This document shows positions 18,101 to 29,300 of a stretch of 64,000 nt of DNA, piece by piece. Numbering within the stretch: position 1 is the first letter of the stretch; each line of letters begins with the position of its first letter. This DNA is from Candidatus Latescibacterota bacterium (lineage in GTDB: Bacteria; Latescibacterota; UBA2968; UBA8231). The translations under genes were made by a program, and so were the position numbers. The stretch spans positions 1,632,001 to 1,696,000 of the forward strand of contig OZ242214.1 in assembly GCA_965206595.1 (NCBI GenBank), given 5' to 3'. Under the pieces are notes generated by a model, which saw only the letters and a program-made list of their open reading frames with translations, was not told the DNA's origin and ran no database searches.

Positions 18101-19286
18101 GGGGGAGATTCTGGAGGTACATTCGCTGCCTTCCGGCGACAACCGGGCACCCCGCCTCGATGCGCCGGCGAGCTTCTCGGCGCATGCGGGTGGCGAGCGG
18201 TCAGTCCTGCTCTCGTGGACAGCCGTATCGGGCGCGCGCAGCTACCGCCTGTTCCGCGCAGGCGACGATGGGGCGGACCTGCAGGTGCTGGTGGGGTCGC
18301 TCCGGGGCACCCGCTATGAAGACGGGGACGTCGCGGCCGGAAGTGAGTACAGATACGCGGTTGCCGCCCTGGATTCGCTCTCGGAGGAAGCGGGCCATCG
18401 GTCGCGGGAAGTCACCGTCACCCCGGAGCCGAATCCGCGGATCGAAGCGGTCCGGCGCGCTGCGGACAACCAGTTGTCGGTGCGGTTCGACTCGGAAATG
18501 GGCCGCGAGATCGGCGACCATTTCCGCTATCGGATCGAGAGCCACGGCATCCCCAGCTCCGCGGCCGCGCACGCCGGCGCCAAGCGTGTTCTGCTAACCT
18601 TTTCCGCCCTGCCGACCGCGGGGGAGTTGGCGCTGGCGACCCGGGGCCTGCGCAACAGCAGGGGGACTCCCCTCGATTCGGAACGGTTCCTTTTCGAGCT
18701 GTTCCAGGAGGCCTCGGCGATACGCCTGGTGCGCGCCGACCCTGAAACCCCGACGCGCCTCGTCCTGCACTTCAGCGAGCCGGTGACGTTGGACGCGGAG
18801 GGAGCGGCAGGGAACCGGTCCGGATTCGCCGTCGACGGGGGCCGGGTACGCATCGAGGATCTGATTCTCGAGGACGGCCGAATCGTTCTCGTCCTTTCGG
18901 AAGAGACGCCCCTGCGGGCCGCGGGCAGCCGCTACGAGGTCGCCGTCGTCGACCTGGCCGACCGTAACGGGCGCGCCATCGAGGGCGCGGTTTATGTCCA
19001 GCTCTCCGCCGCCTCTCTCGCCGAGGTATCCGTGTTTCCCAATCCGTTCGACCCGGCCCTCGGCGAGGTCACCGTTGCCGGCCTGCCGGTCGCCTCGGAG
19101 GTCATGGTGGCGACGATTTCGGGAGAGGTGGTCTGGACGCAGTCTGAAGAGGACGGGGACGGGGGGCTTCGCTGGGACGGTCGCAACGCCAACGGGAGAC
19201 CGGTCGATGCCGGCCTGTACCTGGTACGCGTCGCCCACCAAGGTGTAACGCGGCTGCGAAAGCTCGCAGTTATCCGGGGGCGCTGA
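15189..19286 (+). CDS. secreted S8 (subtilisin-like) serine peptidase with FG-GAP/VCBS repeats, FN3, Ig-like domains and C-terminal FlgD-like domain
   Basis: Catalytic triad [18 protein letters not shown]; about seven DxDxDG repeats; VFPNPF...[16 protein letters not shown] tail. A signal peptide begins near 15189 (in-frame CTG overlapping the folE stop), so the start is uncertain. Confidence 0.88.
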   Translation: MSPAACAAAAIFCAAALAVTGASAAEKPPYAPGEVLAQWSQRTAAAKIAAGSPRLLDHLPPGYGWVEETPVVPARPLAAAKAGAGTSVMASWSLLRYSAGTDPAAVARDLRGRDFVARAHPNYLRSFASPPNDPLFPEQGNLDAIGWDESLATGGDVVVAIIDSGIDREHPDLASQLWHNPVEADGLAGVDDDGNGYVDDVTGWDFTDAPGLPGEGDFRFRDPDPDDESGHGTHVAGIVAAVAPGVRVMVLRAGFTVSGSGYLEDDDIAAAAVYAVDQGADILNMSFGDPVFSPVIGDVVRYARSAGCLVVAAVGNEGNDEVFYPARMEEVVAVAAADDEGQPLAFSNWGYSVDIAAPGLAVHGPVPGGGYAERSGTSMAAAHVSGVAAVTWSRQPQLTAGQVRGALANRALDIVAQGWDRWSGAGLVQMAAARIGDPAAVAITGPASGAVRAGEVTVRGRVWGEGVEYDLSWGRGPFPESTEVLLSGRSRAGENRFEVSWPTSGLAPGPYLLRLLAVAGGNRHSQRLLLDLRQAAAAVSDLRLERVLSGPGWTDILRWETSAPAAGTVILLEPASGDTVLQIPLGGDRLEHSVSLPEDLLHGEYRAVVLPEADAGESAGSLDFDIGDTGIRRWTLRQSGALPDGYLLPQPTDFDADGIPEIVAMGYGGAGYNPSAFFELPSGSRAVHLSSRPFIPWNAHDLDGDDRGEIMAVDAERVRLLESAKPGSFPTEVVFEITQVWGGEVADGDGDGRMEMFLRSSRSEQFRVFESRGDDSFAETGALANPSEGLDGLGERQVAADLDGDGSLELLAGDEDGDLFIYESIGDDTWRHTWLERLESGDSRVVGGPFDTDADGRLEFAVASLAADLFDPGETRWKGTVFEASGDNRYEPRWSAEIVGGAGAGNGISSGDFDGDGVPEIVLALVPNLYLLRTDPSGAMVPVWHMEVARVYRPLVADVDADGVVDLVANSGEILEVHSLPSGDNRAPRLDAPASFSAHAGGERSVLLSWTAVSGARSYRLFRAGDDGADLQVLVGSLRGTRYEDGDVAAGSEYRYAVAALDSLSEEAGHRSREVTVTPEPNPRIEAVRRAADNQLSVRFDSEMGREIGDHFRYRIESHGIPSSAAAHAGAKRVLLTFSALPTAGELALATRGLRNSRGTPLDSERFLFELFQEASAIRLVRADPETPTRLVLHFSEPVTLDAEGAAGNRSGFAVDGGRVRIEDLILEDGRIVLVLSEETPLRAAGSRYEVAVVDLADRNGRAIEGAVYVQLSAASLAEVSVFPNPFDPALGEVTVAGLPVASEVMVATISGEVVWTQSEEDGDGGLRWDGRNANGRPVDAGLYLVRVAHQGVTRLRKLAVIRGR

Positions 19287-19289
19287 GGG

Positions 19290-19327
19290 AAAAAGCAAAG
19301 CGGGCGGGAGCCCGAAGCCCCGCCCGC
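19290..19327 (-). terminator. intrinsic terminator after groEL (possibly bidirectional)
   Basis: GCGGGCGGG/CCCGCCCGC stem (19300-19327) followed on the minus strand by TTTGCTTTTT. Confidence 0.75.
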
Positions 19328-19368
19328 CTCTGCCGGAAAACGCTGCGACCAGCTGCTAGTACCAGCTG

Positions 19369-21310
<1,942 letters not shown>

Positions 21311-21377
21311 GGGTTGGTCTCCTTCGGTTAGGGTAGGGAAGGCCGCGTGGCTTTCCATTGTGGCGAATAATATACAC

Positions 21378-21392
21378 GCAATTATCGTGCCA
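21378..21392 (-). promoter_or_regulatory. sigma-54 (RpoN) -24/-12 promoter upstream of groES
   Basis: Minus strand reads TGGCACGATAATTGC, matching TGGCACG-N4-TTGC, about 68 nt upstream of the groES ATG. AT-rich upstream DNA includes IHF-like AAACAATGTGTTA (21423-21435). Confidence 0.8.
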
Positions 21393-21689
21393 CTTTGTTT
21401 ATATCAGAGATAAATTCATAATAAACAATGTGTTAAGAAGAAAAATAGAATGGATGCAGCAGCAGCTATTTTTTGCTATATAGAGAAATTACTAAATTAT
21501 CAAGCGTGTAGTTTTCTGATAACTACTTGATAATAATTGGTTTATTGATGTATTACCAAAATGGAAATTTTCTCAAGGCTATTTCTTCAATTCGGGAAAT
21601 TACAGCCTCAGAGATGCTGGAATTGGAACCTGGAGCCGCGGCCGGGCGTGCGAGCCAGCAAGTGGCCCGCGGGTCCCCGGGGATGAGAC

Positions 21690-22496
21690 TTGGGTTCTTC
21701 TTTCCGTAGCAGCCATATGGTCGTTACCGGGGCCAGCTCTGGAATAGGCTGGCACCTTTCCCTGCAGCTCGCGCGACAGGGTGCGCGCCTGGCCCTCGTC
21801 GCCAGGCGGGCGGACTGCCTCCGCCGTCTCGCAGGCGAGATCGCCGTGGCCGGGGGACCGCGCCCGCTCGAGTGCGCCTGCGACGTCGGGGACTGGGACC
21901 AGGTCGAAGAGATGGAGAACCAGGTCGCGGCCGCGCTCGGTCACGTAGACGTGCTCGTCAACAACGCCGGACGCGGCGCCTACGGACCTCTGGCTCAGGC
22001 AGATCCCGACGACCTCAGCGCTGTTGTCCGCACCAACCTGACCGGGGTCGTCTACGTGACTCGGGCCTTCCTTCCGGCGATGGTGGCGCGGGGTTCTGGA
22101 CATCTCGTTTTCGTTTCCAGCGTGCTCGGGGAGCTCCCCGCGCCACACCACGCCGTGTACGGCAGCACCAAGTTCGCCGTCACCGCGCTCGCCGAGAGTT
22201 TGAGGCACGAACTGGCGGCAGACAACATCGACGTCACCACCGTCGAGCCCGGCCTGGTGCGCTCCGAGTTCGCCTCCATAAGCGGCACGCCGGCGGTGCG
22301 CTTCGACCAGCTGCCCTCCAAGAGCGCCGCCCGGACCGCGGAGCTGGTTGCGGCCGCGATCCGCCGCAAGAGCAGGTTGTCGATCACCGATGCGCTGTCG
22401 GCACAGGCGATCAGGGTGCGGCGACACGCCCCGCGGCTGTTCGCCCGCCTCTTCGGCATCGCCTGCAGGCGCGCCTTCCGCAACGATCTTTCCTGA
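21690..22496 (+). CDS. SDR family NAD(P)-dependent oxidoreductase
   Basis: TGASSGIG, NNAG, YGSTK. Confidence 0.9.
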   Translation: MGSSFRSSHMVVTGASSGIGWHLSLQLARQGARLALVARRADCLRRLAGEIAVAGGPRPLECACDVGDWDQVEEMENQVAAALGHVDVLVNNAGRGAYGPLAQADPDDLSAVVRTNLTGVVYVTRAFLPAMVARGSGHLVFVSSVLGELPAPHHAVYGSTKFAVTALAESLRHELAADNIDVTTVEPGLVRSEFASISGTPAVRFDQLPSKSAARTAELVAAAIRRKSRLSITDALSAQAIRVRRHAPRLFARLFGIACRRAFRNDLS

Positions 22497-22507
22497 GGAA
22501 ACCGGAC

Positions 22508-22543
22508 GCCGCCGGAGGGAGGTGTCCCCCCCGGCGGCCTTTT
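22508..22543 (+). terminator. intrinsic terminator
   Basis: GCCGCCGG/CCGGCGGC stem followed by CTTTT, just after the SDR stop. Confidence 0.65.
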
Positions 22544-22644
22544 CGTGAAATCGCCCGAGATCAGGGCGGAGACCGGAATTCCCGACACGCGGCCGGTGCG
22601 CCTGCGGAACCCCGTCCTTCACCGCGACGCCGGGTCGGGAGCAG

Positions 22645-23466
22645 CTATACCGAGCGGGGTCCGGCGAACGGCCGTTGGCCGGGCTCGTCGAGCTGCAGGC
22701 GGTAGACGGCCCCTGAGGCCTCGCTGACGAAGAGCTGGTCGAAGTCGATGCCGCCGAAGGTCATCCCCGTCGGATGCCGCCCGGGGATCTCCCAGCTGTC
22801 GGCGACTGCCCCGTCGGGATCGACGACGCAGATTCCGACTCCTTCCTGTCCCACCAGCAACATGCCGCGGGAATCGAGCAGCAGGGAGCCCGGGCGTCCG
22901 CCGCTCAGCTCGACGAAGACCTCGCGGTTCCGGGAGCTGCCGTCTTCCTCCAGCTCGAAGCTGACGATTCGTCCTGCACCCTGCTCGGAGGCGAACAGGG
23001 TCACCGCGTCGTCGAGCAGCACCAGCCCCGCCGGAGAGGCGAGGTCTCCCGCCAGCTGCTCGACCTCCCCGTTGAGGTCGCAGTGGAAGAGCGATCCGCT
23101 GTTGGCAGTTGAGCCGATGTCGCAGAAAAGCACTCCTCCTTCATGGGTGAAGCAGAGATCCCGCGGCCCGGAGAAGCGGCGGCCGTGGCACTGGCTGGCG
23201 TACACTTCAACCGCCTCGTCCGGGGACACCAGCAGCAGGTGATGTCTGCCGCTCTCCGCTACGAAGAGGTCGCCCGAGTCGTCGAAGGCGATCCCCATCG
23301 GAAGCCCCCCTGTCTCGGCGAAGGGGGTCAGCCTGCCCCCTTCGGATATCCTCGTAACCTGGCCGGCCCCGGCCCCGGCCTCGGCGACGAAAAGCTGATC
23401 GTCGGCATCGAACGCCAGGCCCTGGGGAGACGCCAGGTTTTCCGCTATCAGTTCCGCTGTGGGCAT
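22645..23466 (-). CDS. SMP-30/gluconolactonase/LRE family beta-propeller
   Basis: Repeated P.GLAFD and PMGIAFD blades, F.GP.DL, PTGMTFGG.D...LFV. Several canonical metal ligands look substituted. Confidence 0.8.
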   Translation of the reverse strand: MPTAELIAENLASPQGLAFDADDQLFVAEAGAGAGQVTRISEGGRLTPFAETGGLPMGIAFDDSGDLFVAESGRHHLLLVSPDEAVEVYASQCHGRRFSGPRDLCFTHEGGVLFCDIGSTANSGSLFHCDLNGEVEQLAGDLASPAGLVLLDDAVTLFASEQGAGRIVSFELEEDGSSRNREVFVELSGGRPGSLLLDSRGMLLVGQEGVGICVVDPDGAVADSWEIPGRHPTGMTFGGIDFDQLFVSEASGAVYRLQLDEPGQRPFAGPRSV

Positions 23467-23482
23467 CGGGATTCCACGCAGA

Positions 23483-24265
23483 CTACCAGCTGACGTACCC
23501 GCCATCGACCAGCAAGGTCGAACCGGTCGTGAAACTGGAGGCGGGGGAGGCGAAGTACAGCACCGCGGTCGCCAGTTCGACGGGATCGCCCCAGCGTTCC
23601 ATGGGGACCTTGGACTGCATTTGCCGCGCCGCTTCGGGATCCCTGAGCAGAATCTCGTTGATCGGGGTCGCAAACGGTCCGGGGCAGATGGCGTTGACGG
23701 TGATTCCGGAACGCGCCCATTCCAGGGCGAGGGTGCGCGTCAGCTGCACGATTCCCCCCTTGCTGGAAGCGTACGGAGTGCGGCCCGCTATCGAAATGGA
23801 GGAGAGGGTGGACCCGAGGTTGATGACGCGCCCGAACCGGCGTTCGACCATCACCGCTCCAACGGATCGGCAGTAGTAGAAGGGCCCGCTGAGGTTGATA
23901 TCGAGCACGGTCTGCCACTGCTCGTCGCTGAGCTCGAGGATCGGACCGCGAATGTTGATGCCGGCGTTGTTGACGAGGATGTCAATTGTGCCGAAACGGT
24001 CGCACACCGCGGCGACAGAGGCGTCGACCTGGGCACGGTCCCGGGCGTCCGCTTCGATGGCGAACACCGGGTTGCCGGTGTGGGCTTCGATCGCCTCAGC
24101 GGTCGCTTGCAACTCCTCGAGGTGGCGGCTGGTGACCGCGACCTGGGCCCCGGCTCCGGAAAGGGCGGTAGCCATCACCTCTCCCAGTCCCTTGCTCGCC
24201 CCGGTGACCAGCGCGGTCCTGCCATCGAGGCGGAACAGTTCAGTTGAGCTTTTCGGCAGTTTCAT
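23483..24265 (-). CDS. SDR family oxidoreductase (gluconate 5-dehydrogenase-like)
   Basis: TGASKGLG, NNAGINIR, YASSKGG, LALEWA, VDGG. Confidence 0.9.
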   Translation of the reverse strand: MKLPKSSTELFRLDGRTALVTGASKGLGEVMATALSGAGAQVAVTSRHLEELQATAEAIEAHTGNPVFAIEADARDRAQVDASVAAVCDRFGTIDILVNNAGINIRGPILELSDEQWQTVLDINLSGPFYYCRSVGAVMVERRFGRVINLGSTLSSISIAGRTPYASSKGGIVQLTRTLALEWARSGITVNAICPGPFATPINEILLRDPEAARQMQSKVPMERWGDPVELATAVLYFASPASSFTTGSTLLVDGGYVSW

Positions 24266-24403
24266 CAACGAGGAGCCGGTGAGGTTGCGGGTGGTGCGAA
24301 GCGAGCGGGTGTAAGCGGGTTTCTGTTCTGGAGCGGGGAGGCTTCTTTCCGGCGACGATTCGGTGGCTGGCTCAGGGGGCGGCCGGCACGACTCCGGAAG
24401 GGG

Positions 24404-24640
24404 TTACCATTTCTCGGCCCGGACCATCTCCCTGGCGAGTTCGCCGAGCTCCTCGACCAGGTCTTCCTTGTCCTGTGCGCGCGCCTTGCTGGTGATCTGC
24501 ATCGTCAGGGCGATCAGCCCGAGGCCGAAGATCCGCTGCAGGGATTCGGGCGTTTCGGGGTTCAGGTCCGGGATCAGCTCGCCGAGTTTGTTGAGCAGAT
24601 GGCGATGTTTGTCCGACAGGTCGATGACTTCGAAAGACAT
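24404..24640 (-). CDS. hypothetical 78-aa helical protein
   Basis: ATG 24640 opens MSFEVIDLSDKHRHLLNKL... with host-like codon usage. Confidence 0.65.
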   Translation of the reverse strand: MSFEVIDLSDKHRHLLNKLGELIPDLNPETPESLQRIFGLGLIALTMQITSKARAQDKEDLVEELGELAREMVRAEKW

Positions 24641-24665
24641 GGCAGTGGCGGCGAACCGCGTTCGC

Positions 24666-24700
24666 CTGTGGCGCGCAAGTATTCTGTGGCGCGCAAGTAT
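24666..24700. repeat. 17-bp direct repeat CTGTGGCGCGCAAGTAT x2
   Basis: Copies at 24666-24682 and 24684-24700, upstream of the 78-aa gene. Confidence 0.85.
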
Positions 24701-24738
24701 AGGGTATGCACCAGCCCTGCACAATCCACCTGAACCCC

Positions 24739-25584
24739 TCAGGCGGCCGCTTCGGCGACGACTCGCTTGCCATCCCGTCTCAGGGTGCTCCAGGGTGAAT
24801 CGGGATCGTGATCCCAGGCGACGATCCACCCGTCGGAGCATGCCGCCTCGATCCAGCGTTTCTTCTCGCGCAGGGTATCGTGGGGGTACATGTCGTAGGC
24901 CATGATCCAGTAGGGGGACAGGTGGTGGCGCGTCGGGACGAGGTCGCCGGGGTAGAGCAGGGTCTGCCCGGCGTCCTCGACGACGACGGCCTGGTGCGCC
25001 GCGGTATGCCCTCCGGTGACGCAGGTGCGAACACCCGCGATGATGTCGGAGTCGCCGTCGAGAAAGCGCATCCGGCCGCTTTCGGCGAGACGCCGCAGGT
25101 CGGCGATGGCGTAGCTGGTGCGCATTATGCTGCGCCCCGACAGGGCGTCCTCGAACTCCCGCCTCTGGACCCAGTACACGGCATTGGCGAAGGCCGGGCG
25201 CAGGGCGCCGTCCTCCGCCGCGGCCAGGCTGCCCGCGGCGTGGTCGAAATGCAGATGGGTCAGGACGACATGTGATATTTCGTCGCTCTCCACCCCCGCG
25301 GTCCGCAGGTTGTCGACGAACCCTGGACCGGAGCCGATGGCGAAGATGTCACGCTCTTTCTCGCTGAAGCGGTTCCCGCACCCGGTTTCCACCAGCAGGT
25401 GCTCGCCGGCGCAGCGGAGCAGCAGGCAGTTGCAGGCCATCGGAATCCGGTTGCGTTCGTCGGTGGGGCAGAGGGGTTCCCAGACAGGCCGGGGCACGAC
25501 CCCGAACATGGCGCCGCCGTCGAGGCGGAAGCGGCCGCCGTCGATATGAGTAACCGAGATGTCGCCGATCTGCAGGGTGTTCAT
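24739..25584 (-). CDS. MBL-fold metallo-hydrolase (YtnP-like)
   Basis: FRLDGGAMFGVVP, THLHFDHAAG, GGHTAAHQ, MAYD, HDP. Confidence 0.9.
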   Translation of the reverse strand: MNTLQIGDISVTHIDGGRFRLDGGAMFGVVPRPVWEPLCPTDERNRIPMACNCLLLRCAGEHLLVETGCGNRFSEKERDIFAIGSGPGFVDNLRTAGVESDEISHVVLTHLHFDHAAGSLAAAEDGALRPAFANAVYWVQRREFEDALSGRSIMRTSYAIADLRRLAESGRMRFLDGDSDIIAGVRTCVTGGHTAAHQAVVVEDAGQTLLYPGDLVPTRHHLSPYWIMAYDMYPHDTLREKKRWIEAACSDGWIVAWDHDPDSPWSTLRRDGKRVVAEAAA

Positions 25585-25618
25585 GGAAACCGCCCCAGGG
25601 CCGGCTGCTCCGGAAAGG

Positions 25619-26284
25619 TCAGGACAGGCCGCCTTTCTGCCGGGCATCGTCCCAGGCCTCCTTGAACTCCCGGATGGTCTCGACGGTGCGCGGGTGGTGA
25701 ACCATTTCCGGCAGGAACTTGAACGGGGTGGTGACGATGTGGGCTCCGGCGAGGAAGGCGCGGGGAATATCCCCGACCTGACGCATGCTGCCGGCGATGA
25801 TGCGGGCCTTGAACCCGCCCCGTTCGATGAACTCGGCCGTCTCCCCGATGGCCTGTCCTGAATCGCTGCCGAGGTCGTTGATGCGGCCGACGAAAAGGCT
25901 GACGTAGGTCGCCCCGGCCATCATCGCCATCAGGGCCTGGCTCGAGTTCATCATGCAGGTGACGTTGACGCGGATGTCCTGCTCCCGTTCTAGCTTGTGG
26001 ATGACCTCGACTCCCTCCAGCGACATCGGGATCTTGACGACGATGCGTCCATCCCAGGAGGCGTACTCTTCCGCTTCCGCCAGCATCTCCCCGACCTCTT
26101 CGGCCACCACCTCGACGCTGACCGGCCCGGGGCAGCAGGCGAGGATTTCGCGGACCCGGGCCTCGAAGCTGCCCGGCTCGGCCGTGGCCGCCAGCTTGGG
26201 ATTGGTGGTAACTCCCGAGATCACCCCGAGTGAGGCTGCCAGGCGGGCTTCTTCGATGTCGGCGGTGTCGATGAACAGTTCCAT
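25619..26284 (-). CDS. transaldolase / fructose-6-phosphate aldolase family
   Basis: LFIDTA, GVTTNP, VVKIP (Schiff-base Lys), VNVT, YVSLFVGR. Confidence 0.9.
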   Translation of the reverse strand: MELFIDTADIEEARLAASLGVISGVTTNPKLAATAEPGSFEARVREILACCPGPVSVEVVAEEVGEMLAEAEEYASWDGRIVVKIPMSLEGVEVIHKLEREQDIRVNVTCMMNSSQALMAMMAGATYVSLFVGRINDLGSDSGQAIGETAEFIERGGFKARIIAGSMRQVGDIPRAFLAGAHIVTTPFKFLPEMVHHPRTVETIREFKEAWDDARQKGGLS

Positions 26285-26298
26285 AGGAAGGGTTTCCC

Positions 26299-26898
26299 TC
26301 AGGCGTCCGAGATGCGCTCCCGCAAGCGGTCGCAGATGAGGTGCTCCAGGGCGAGATGAAACGACTCGACCTGTGGCGTCGAGTCGATGGGAACGACGAT
26401 GCAGACGTCTGACATGCGTTTAAGGGCGCCGCCGCCGAAGCCGCTTAGGCCGATGGTGCGGGCCCCGCGTTCCCTCGCAAGCCCCAGGGCGCGCAGCAGG
26501 TTCTGCGACCAGGCGCCGGCGTTCCCCTCGCCGGAACCGCCGTGAACGCTGATGAGTATGAGCACGTCCCCGGCGGCGACGAACGGCTCGAGCTGCTCGG
26601 CATACACCGAGGCCGGTCCCTCGTCGTTTATCAGGGCGCTGTATATCGGCATGTTGTCGGTCAGCGCCATGACCCGGAACCGTTTCTTTCCCGCCGCCGC
26701 CGTCCACTTGGCGAGGTCGCAGGCGAAGTGAGAGGCGGTCGAGGAGGAGCCCCCGTTGCCGGCGATGTACACCGTCGAAGAGTTCTGCCAGGCCTCGAAC
26801 AGGATGTCGATCGCCGCGGAGATCTCCTGCCGCGGCATCTCGCCGATCACCGCAGCCATGGTCGCGAGGTACTCCTCGATGTAGCCGTTGTTGTCCAT
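26299..26898 (-). CDS. SIS-domain phosphosugar isomerase (GmhA-like)
   Basis: GNGGSSSTASHFACDL, ND, GDVLILIS, QVESFH. Confidence 0.85.
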   Translation of the reverse strand: MDNNGYIEEYLATMAAVIGEMPRQEISAAIDILFEAWQNSSTVYIAGNGGSSSTASHFACDLAKWTAAAGKKRFRVMALTDNMPIYSALINDEGPASVYAEQLEPFVAAGDVLILISVHGGSGEGNAGAWSQNLLRALGLARERGARTIGLSGFGGGALKRMSDVCIVVPIDSTPQVESFHLALEHLICDRLRERISDA

Positions 26899-26921
26899 GT
26901 CGTTTTTCCCGAATGCCCTTC

Positions 26922-27911
26922 TCAGGCATTCATGAGCACTTTGGCGCCTTCCCTGTCGAATTGGTAGCCCATCTCACGCAGCCCCTCGGCCGCCATGGTC
27001 CGGCGCAGCTCGCCGCGGTGCTCCGCGGGGCAGAAGAACATCAGGAATCCGCCGCCGCCTGCACCGAGCAGCTTGCCTCCCAGAGCGCCTGCGCCCCGTC
27101 CCGAATCGTACCACCTGTCGATGTCGCCGCTCGACATCCTGCCCGAACGCAGCTTCTTCGTCTCCCAATGGCGGTGGAGGAGGCCGCCGAAGCGGTCGAG
27201 CTCGCCGCCCTCGAGGGCCTGCCTGATCTCGAGGCCGATCCGCTTGACCTCGTGGAGGCTGTCGATGACCTGCGCGTTCCCCTTGCGGGTGTCGGTGTCC
27301 TGTTGCTTGAGCAGGTCGAAGCTCTCGCGCTCGATGCCGGTGTAGAAGAGGAGCATGCTGTTGCGCAGCTCCTCCCTCGTGTGCAGATCGAGCTCGAGGG
27401 TCGAAACCGCGACCTCCCCGCCGGCATCGATCTCCAGAATGGTCACTCCCCCGAACGCCGCGAGGTAGTGGTCCTGCTTGCCGGCCGGCTGCCCGGCGCG
27501 CACCGCCTCGACGTGATGTGCCTGCTCGGCCAACTCCTGCCTCGGCACGCGTTCGAGCCTGTGTTCGTAAAGGGCCGCGAGCAGGGCAACGGTGAAGGCC
27601 CCGGAGGATCCCATGCCGGTGCGACCGGGAAGATCGGCCATGGCGCCGATCTCGACGCCGCCCTCCGTGCCGGTGTGGAGCAGCGACTCGCGCAGCAGAG
27701 GATGTTCGATATCGGAAGGGTGATCGACCCGTTCCGTCTTCGAGTACTTGACGCGAAAGAACTCTTCCACCTGCAGCTTGTTGAGCTGGATGTAGACGTA
27801 CTTGTCGATCCCCGCGCTGAGCACGAAGCCACCGTGCTCGCGGTAGTAGGAAGGCAGGTCGGTGCCGCCTCCTCCCAGCGGGATGCGGAGGGGGGCCCTG
27901 GTAGTGATCAA
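26922..27911 (-). CDS. GHMP kinase, HddA-like (heptose-7-phosphate kinase)
   Basis: RAPLRIPLGGGGTD, GTGMGSSG-type motif (GRTGMGSSG), GKQDHY, GGKLLGAGGGG. TTG start 27911. Confidence 0.88.
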   Translation of the reverse strand: MITTRAPLRIPLGGGGTDLPSYYREHGGFVLSAGIDKYVYIQLNKLQVEEFFRVKYSKTERVDHPSDIEHPLLRESLLHTGTEGGVEIGAMADLPGRTGMGSSGAFTVALLAALYEHRLERVPRQELAEQAHHVEAVRAGQPAGKQDHYLAAFGGVTILEIDAGGEVAVSTLELDLHTREELRNSMLLFYTGIERESFDLLKQQDTDTRKGNAQVIDSLHEVKRIGLEIRQALEGGELDRFGGLLHRHWETKKLRSGRMSSGDIDRWYDSGRGAGALGGKLLGAGGGGFLMFFCPAEHRGELRRTMAAEGLREMGYQFDREGAKVLMNA

Positions 27912-27988
27912 TTCCGGGATCCGATGGTGACGCCGGTCGCGACTGCCGCCCTGACCGGGGGGAAGGTGAGATCGAAATCGAATAGAAG

Positions 27989-29107
27989 TCAGGCTCGCGC
28001 CGTGCGCAAGATGCCCTGACGGCGCATTTCCCGCGAGCTGCCGGCGTAGTAGTCGGCCCCTCCAGAACCTCGCTGGCGCACCCAGTCGACGTACGCGGAG
28101 AGGATCTCTCCGAGGGATTTCTCCGCCCGCCACCCGAGCCGGGAAAGCTTGGCCGCGGACGAGGCCGTATGGCGGGTGTCCCCGAAACGGTATTCCCCCG
28201 AAACAACCGGTTCGATCTGCTTGCCGCAGATGTTCGTCAACAGCTCCGCCACCTCCGCAACCGTGTGAGCGCGCTGTCCGGCGACGTTGAGGGACTGGTA
28301 ATCGGCGCGCTCGTCCTCGTAGGCGAGCAGGTTTGCCCGGGCGACGTCGCCGACGTACACGTAGTCGCGAAGCTGCCTGCCGTCCTCGTAACACACCGGG
28401 GGCTGGTCGTTGAGCAGCCGCAGGGTGAAGATGCGGGCAATGCCGGAATAGGCGTTGAAAAAGGAGTTGCGCGGTCCCTGCACGATCGAGTAGCGCATGT
28501 TGGCGACCGGGATTCCGTACTTGCGGCCGAGGCTCAACGCGGTCATCTCGAGTGCGTACTTCGAAATCCCGTAGGCCGTGTGCGGATTCACCACCGCCTC
28601 GTCGATCGGGCGCGGGGTTGCCGGGCGCATGCATTCGGGGCAGTGGATCTCCCAGTCCCCCCGCGCCAGCGCTTCGGCGGCGCGCGCCACCGGGTAGAAG
28701 AGGCCGTGCTCGTCGCAGGAATACGTCCCTTCGCCGTACACAGCTTGCGACGATGCCAGCACCACCTTCGAGACCGGCAGCTTCCTGGCGACGATGATCT
28801 CGAACAGCAGCGCCGTGCTCACCGTGTTGACGCGGAAGAAGGTGCTGAAGTCCGGCATGTAGTCCTGGTAGGCGGCGAGGTGGAATACGCCGTCGACCCC
28901 CTCGAGAGCCGCTTCGAGATCCGCCCTTTCGCAGACGTCCCCGCGCAGCTTGTCAACCTTCTCAGGCAGGTATTCCGGCCAGCCCTCGGGATGGACGCGG
29001 GGCTGCAGGCAGTCGAGGACGCGCACCTCGTAGCCGCGCTCGACGAGGAGGTCGACCGTGTGGGAGCCGATGAATCCGGCGCCTCCCGTAACCAGGATCC
29101 TGCTCAC
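27989..29107 (-). CDS. NAD-dependent nucleotide-sugar epimerase/dehydratase
   Basis: TGGAGFIGS, ASSQAVYGEG, YGISK, EDG.QLRDYV, YRFGDTRH. Confidence 0.92.
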   Translation of the reverse strand: MSRILVTGGAGFIGSHTVDLLVERGYEVRVLDCLQPRVHPEGWPEYLPEKVDKLRGDVCERADLEAALEGVDGVFHLAAYQDYMPDFSTFFRVNTVSTALLFEIIVARKLPVSKVVLASSQAVYGEGTYSCDEHGLFYPVARAAEALARGDWEIHCPECMRPATPRPIDEAVVNPHTAYGISKYALEMTALSLGRKYGIPVANMRYSIVQGPRNSFFNAYSGIARIFTLRLLNDQPPVCYEDGRQLRDYVYVGDVARANLLAYEDERADYQSLNVAGQRAHTVAEVAELLTNICGKQIEPVVSGEYRFGDTRHTASSAAKLSRLGWRAEKSLGEILSAYVDWVRQRGSGGADYYAGSSREMRRQGILRTARA

Positions 29108-29300
29108 CGTTGACAGGTAAATCGCGGAGAGAATCGGGATTGCGAAGGGGGGCTGTACAAAGCTCGAAATCCGGGCACTGAAATCGTCCTAACTCATTCG
29201 ACAATATAGACATAGGAATGGTCCCCGGCAATTCGGGCACGTTGACAGCCGGGGCCGGCGGGGCCTAGTTTCACCCCTCTTCGAAACAACCTCCACGCCA

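Noticed and set aside
21311-21690. CIRCE element, and the 60-aa ORF 21527-21709, upstream of groES
   Set aside because: No TTAGCACTC-N9-GAGTGCTAA was seen. The ORF has atypical codons and no RBS, and lies in regulatory DNA.
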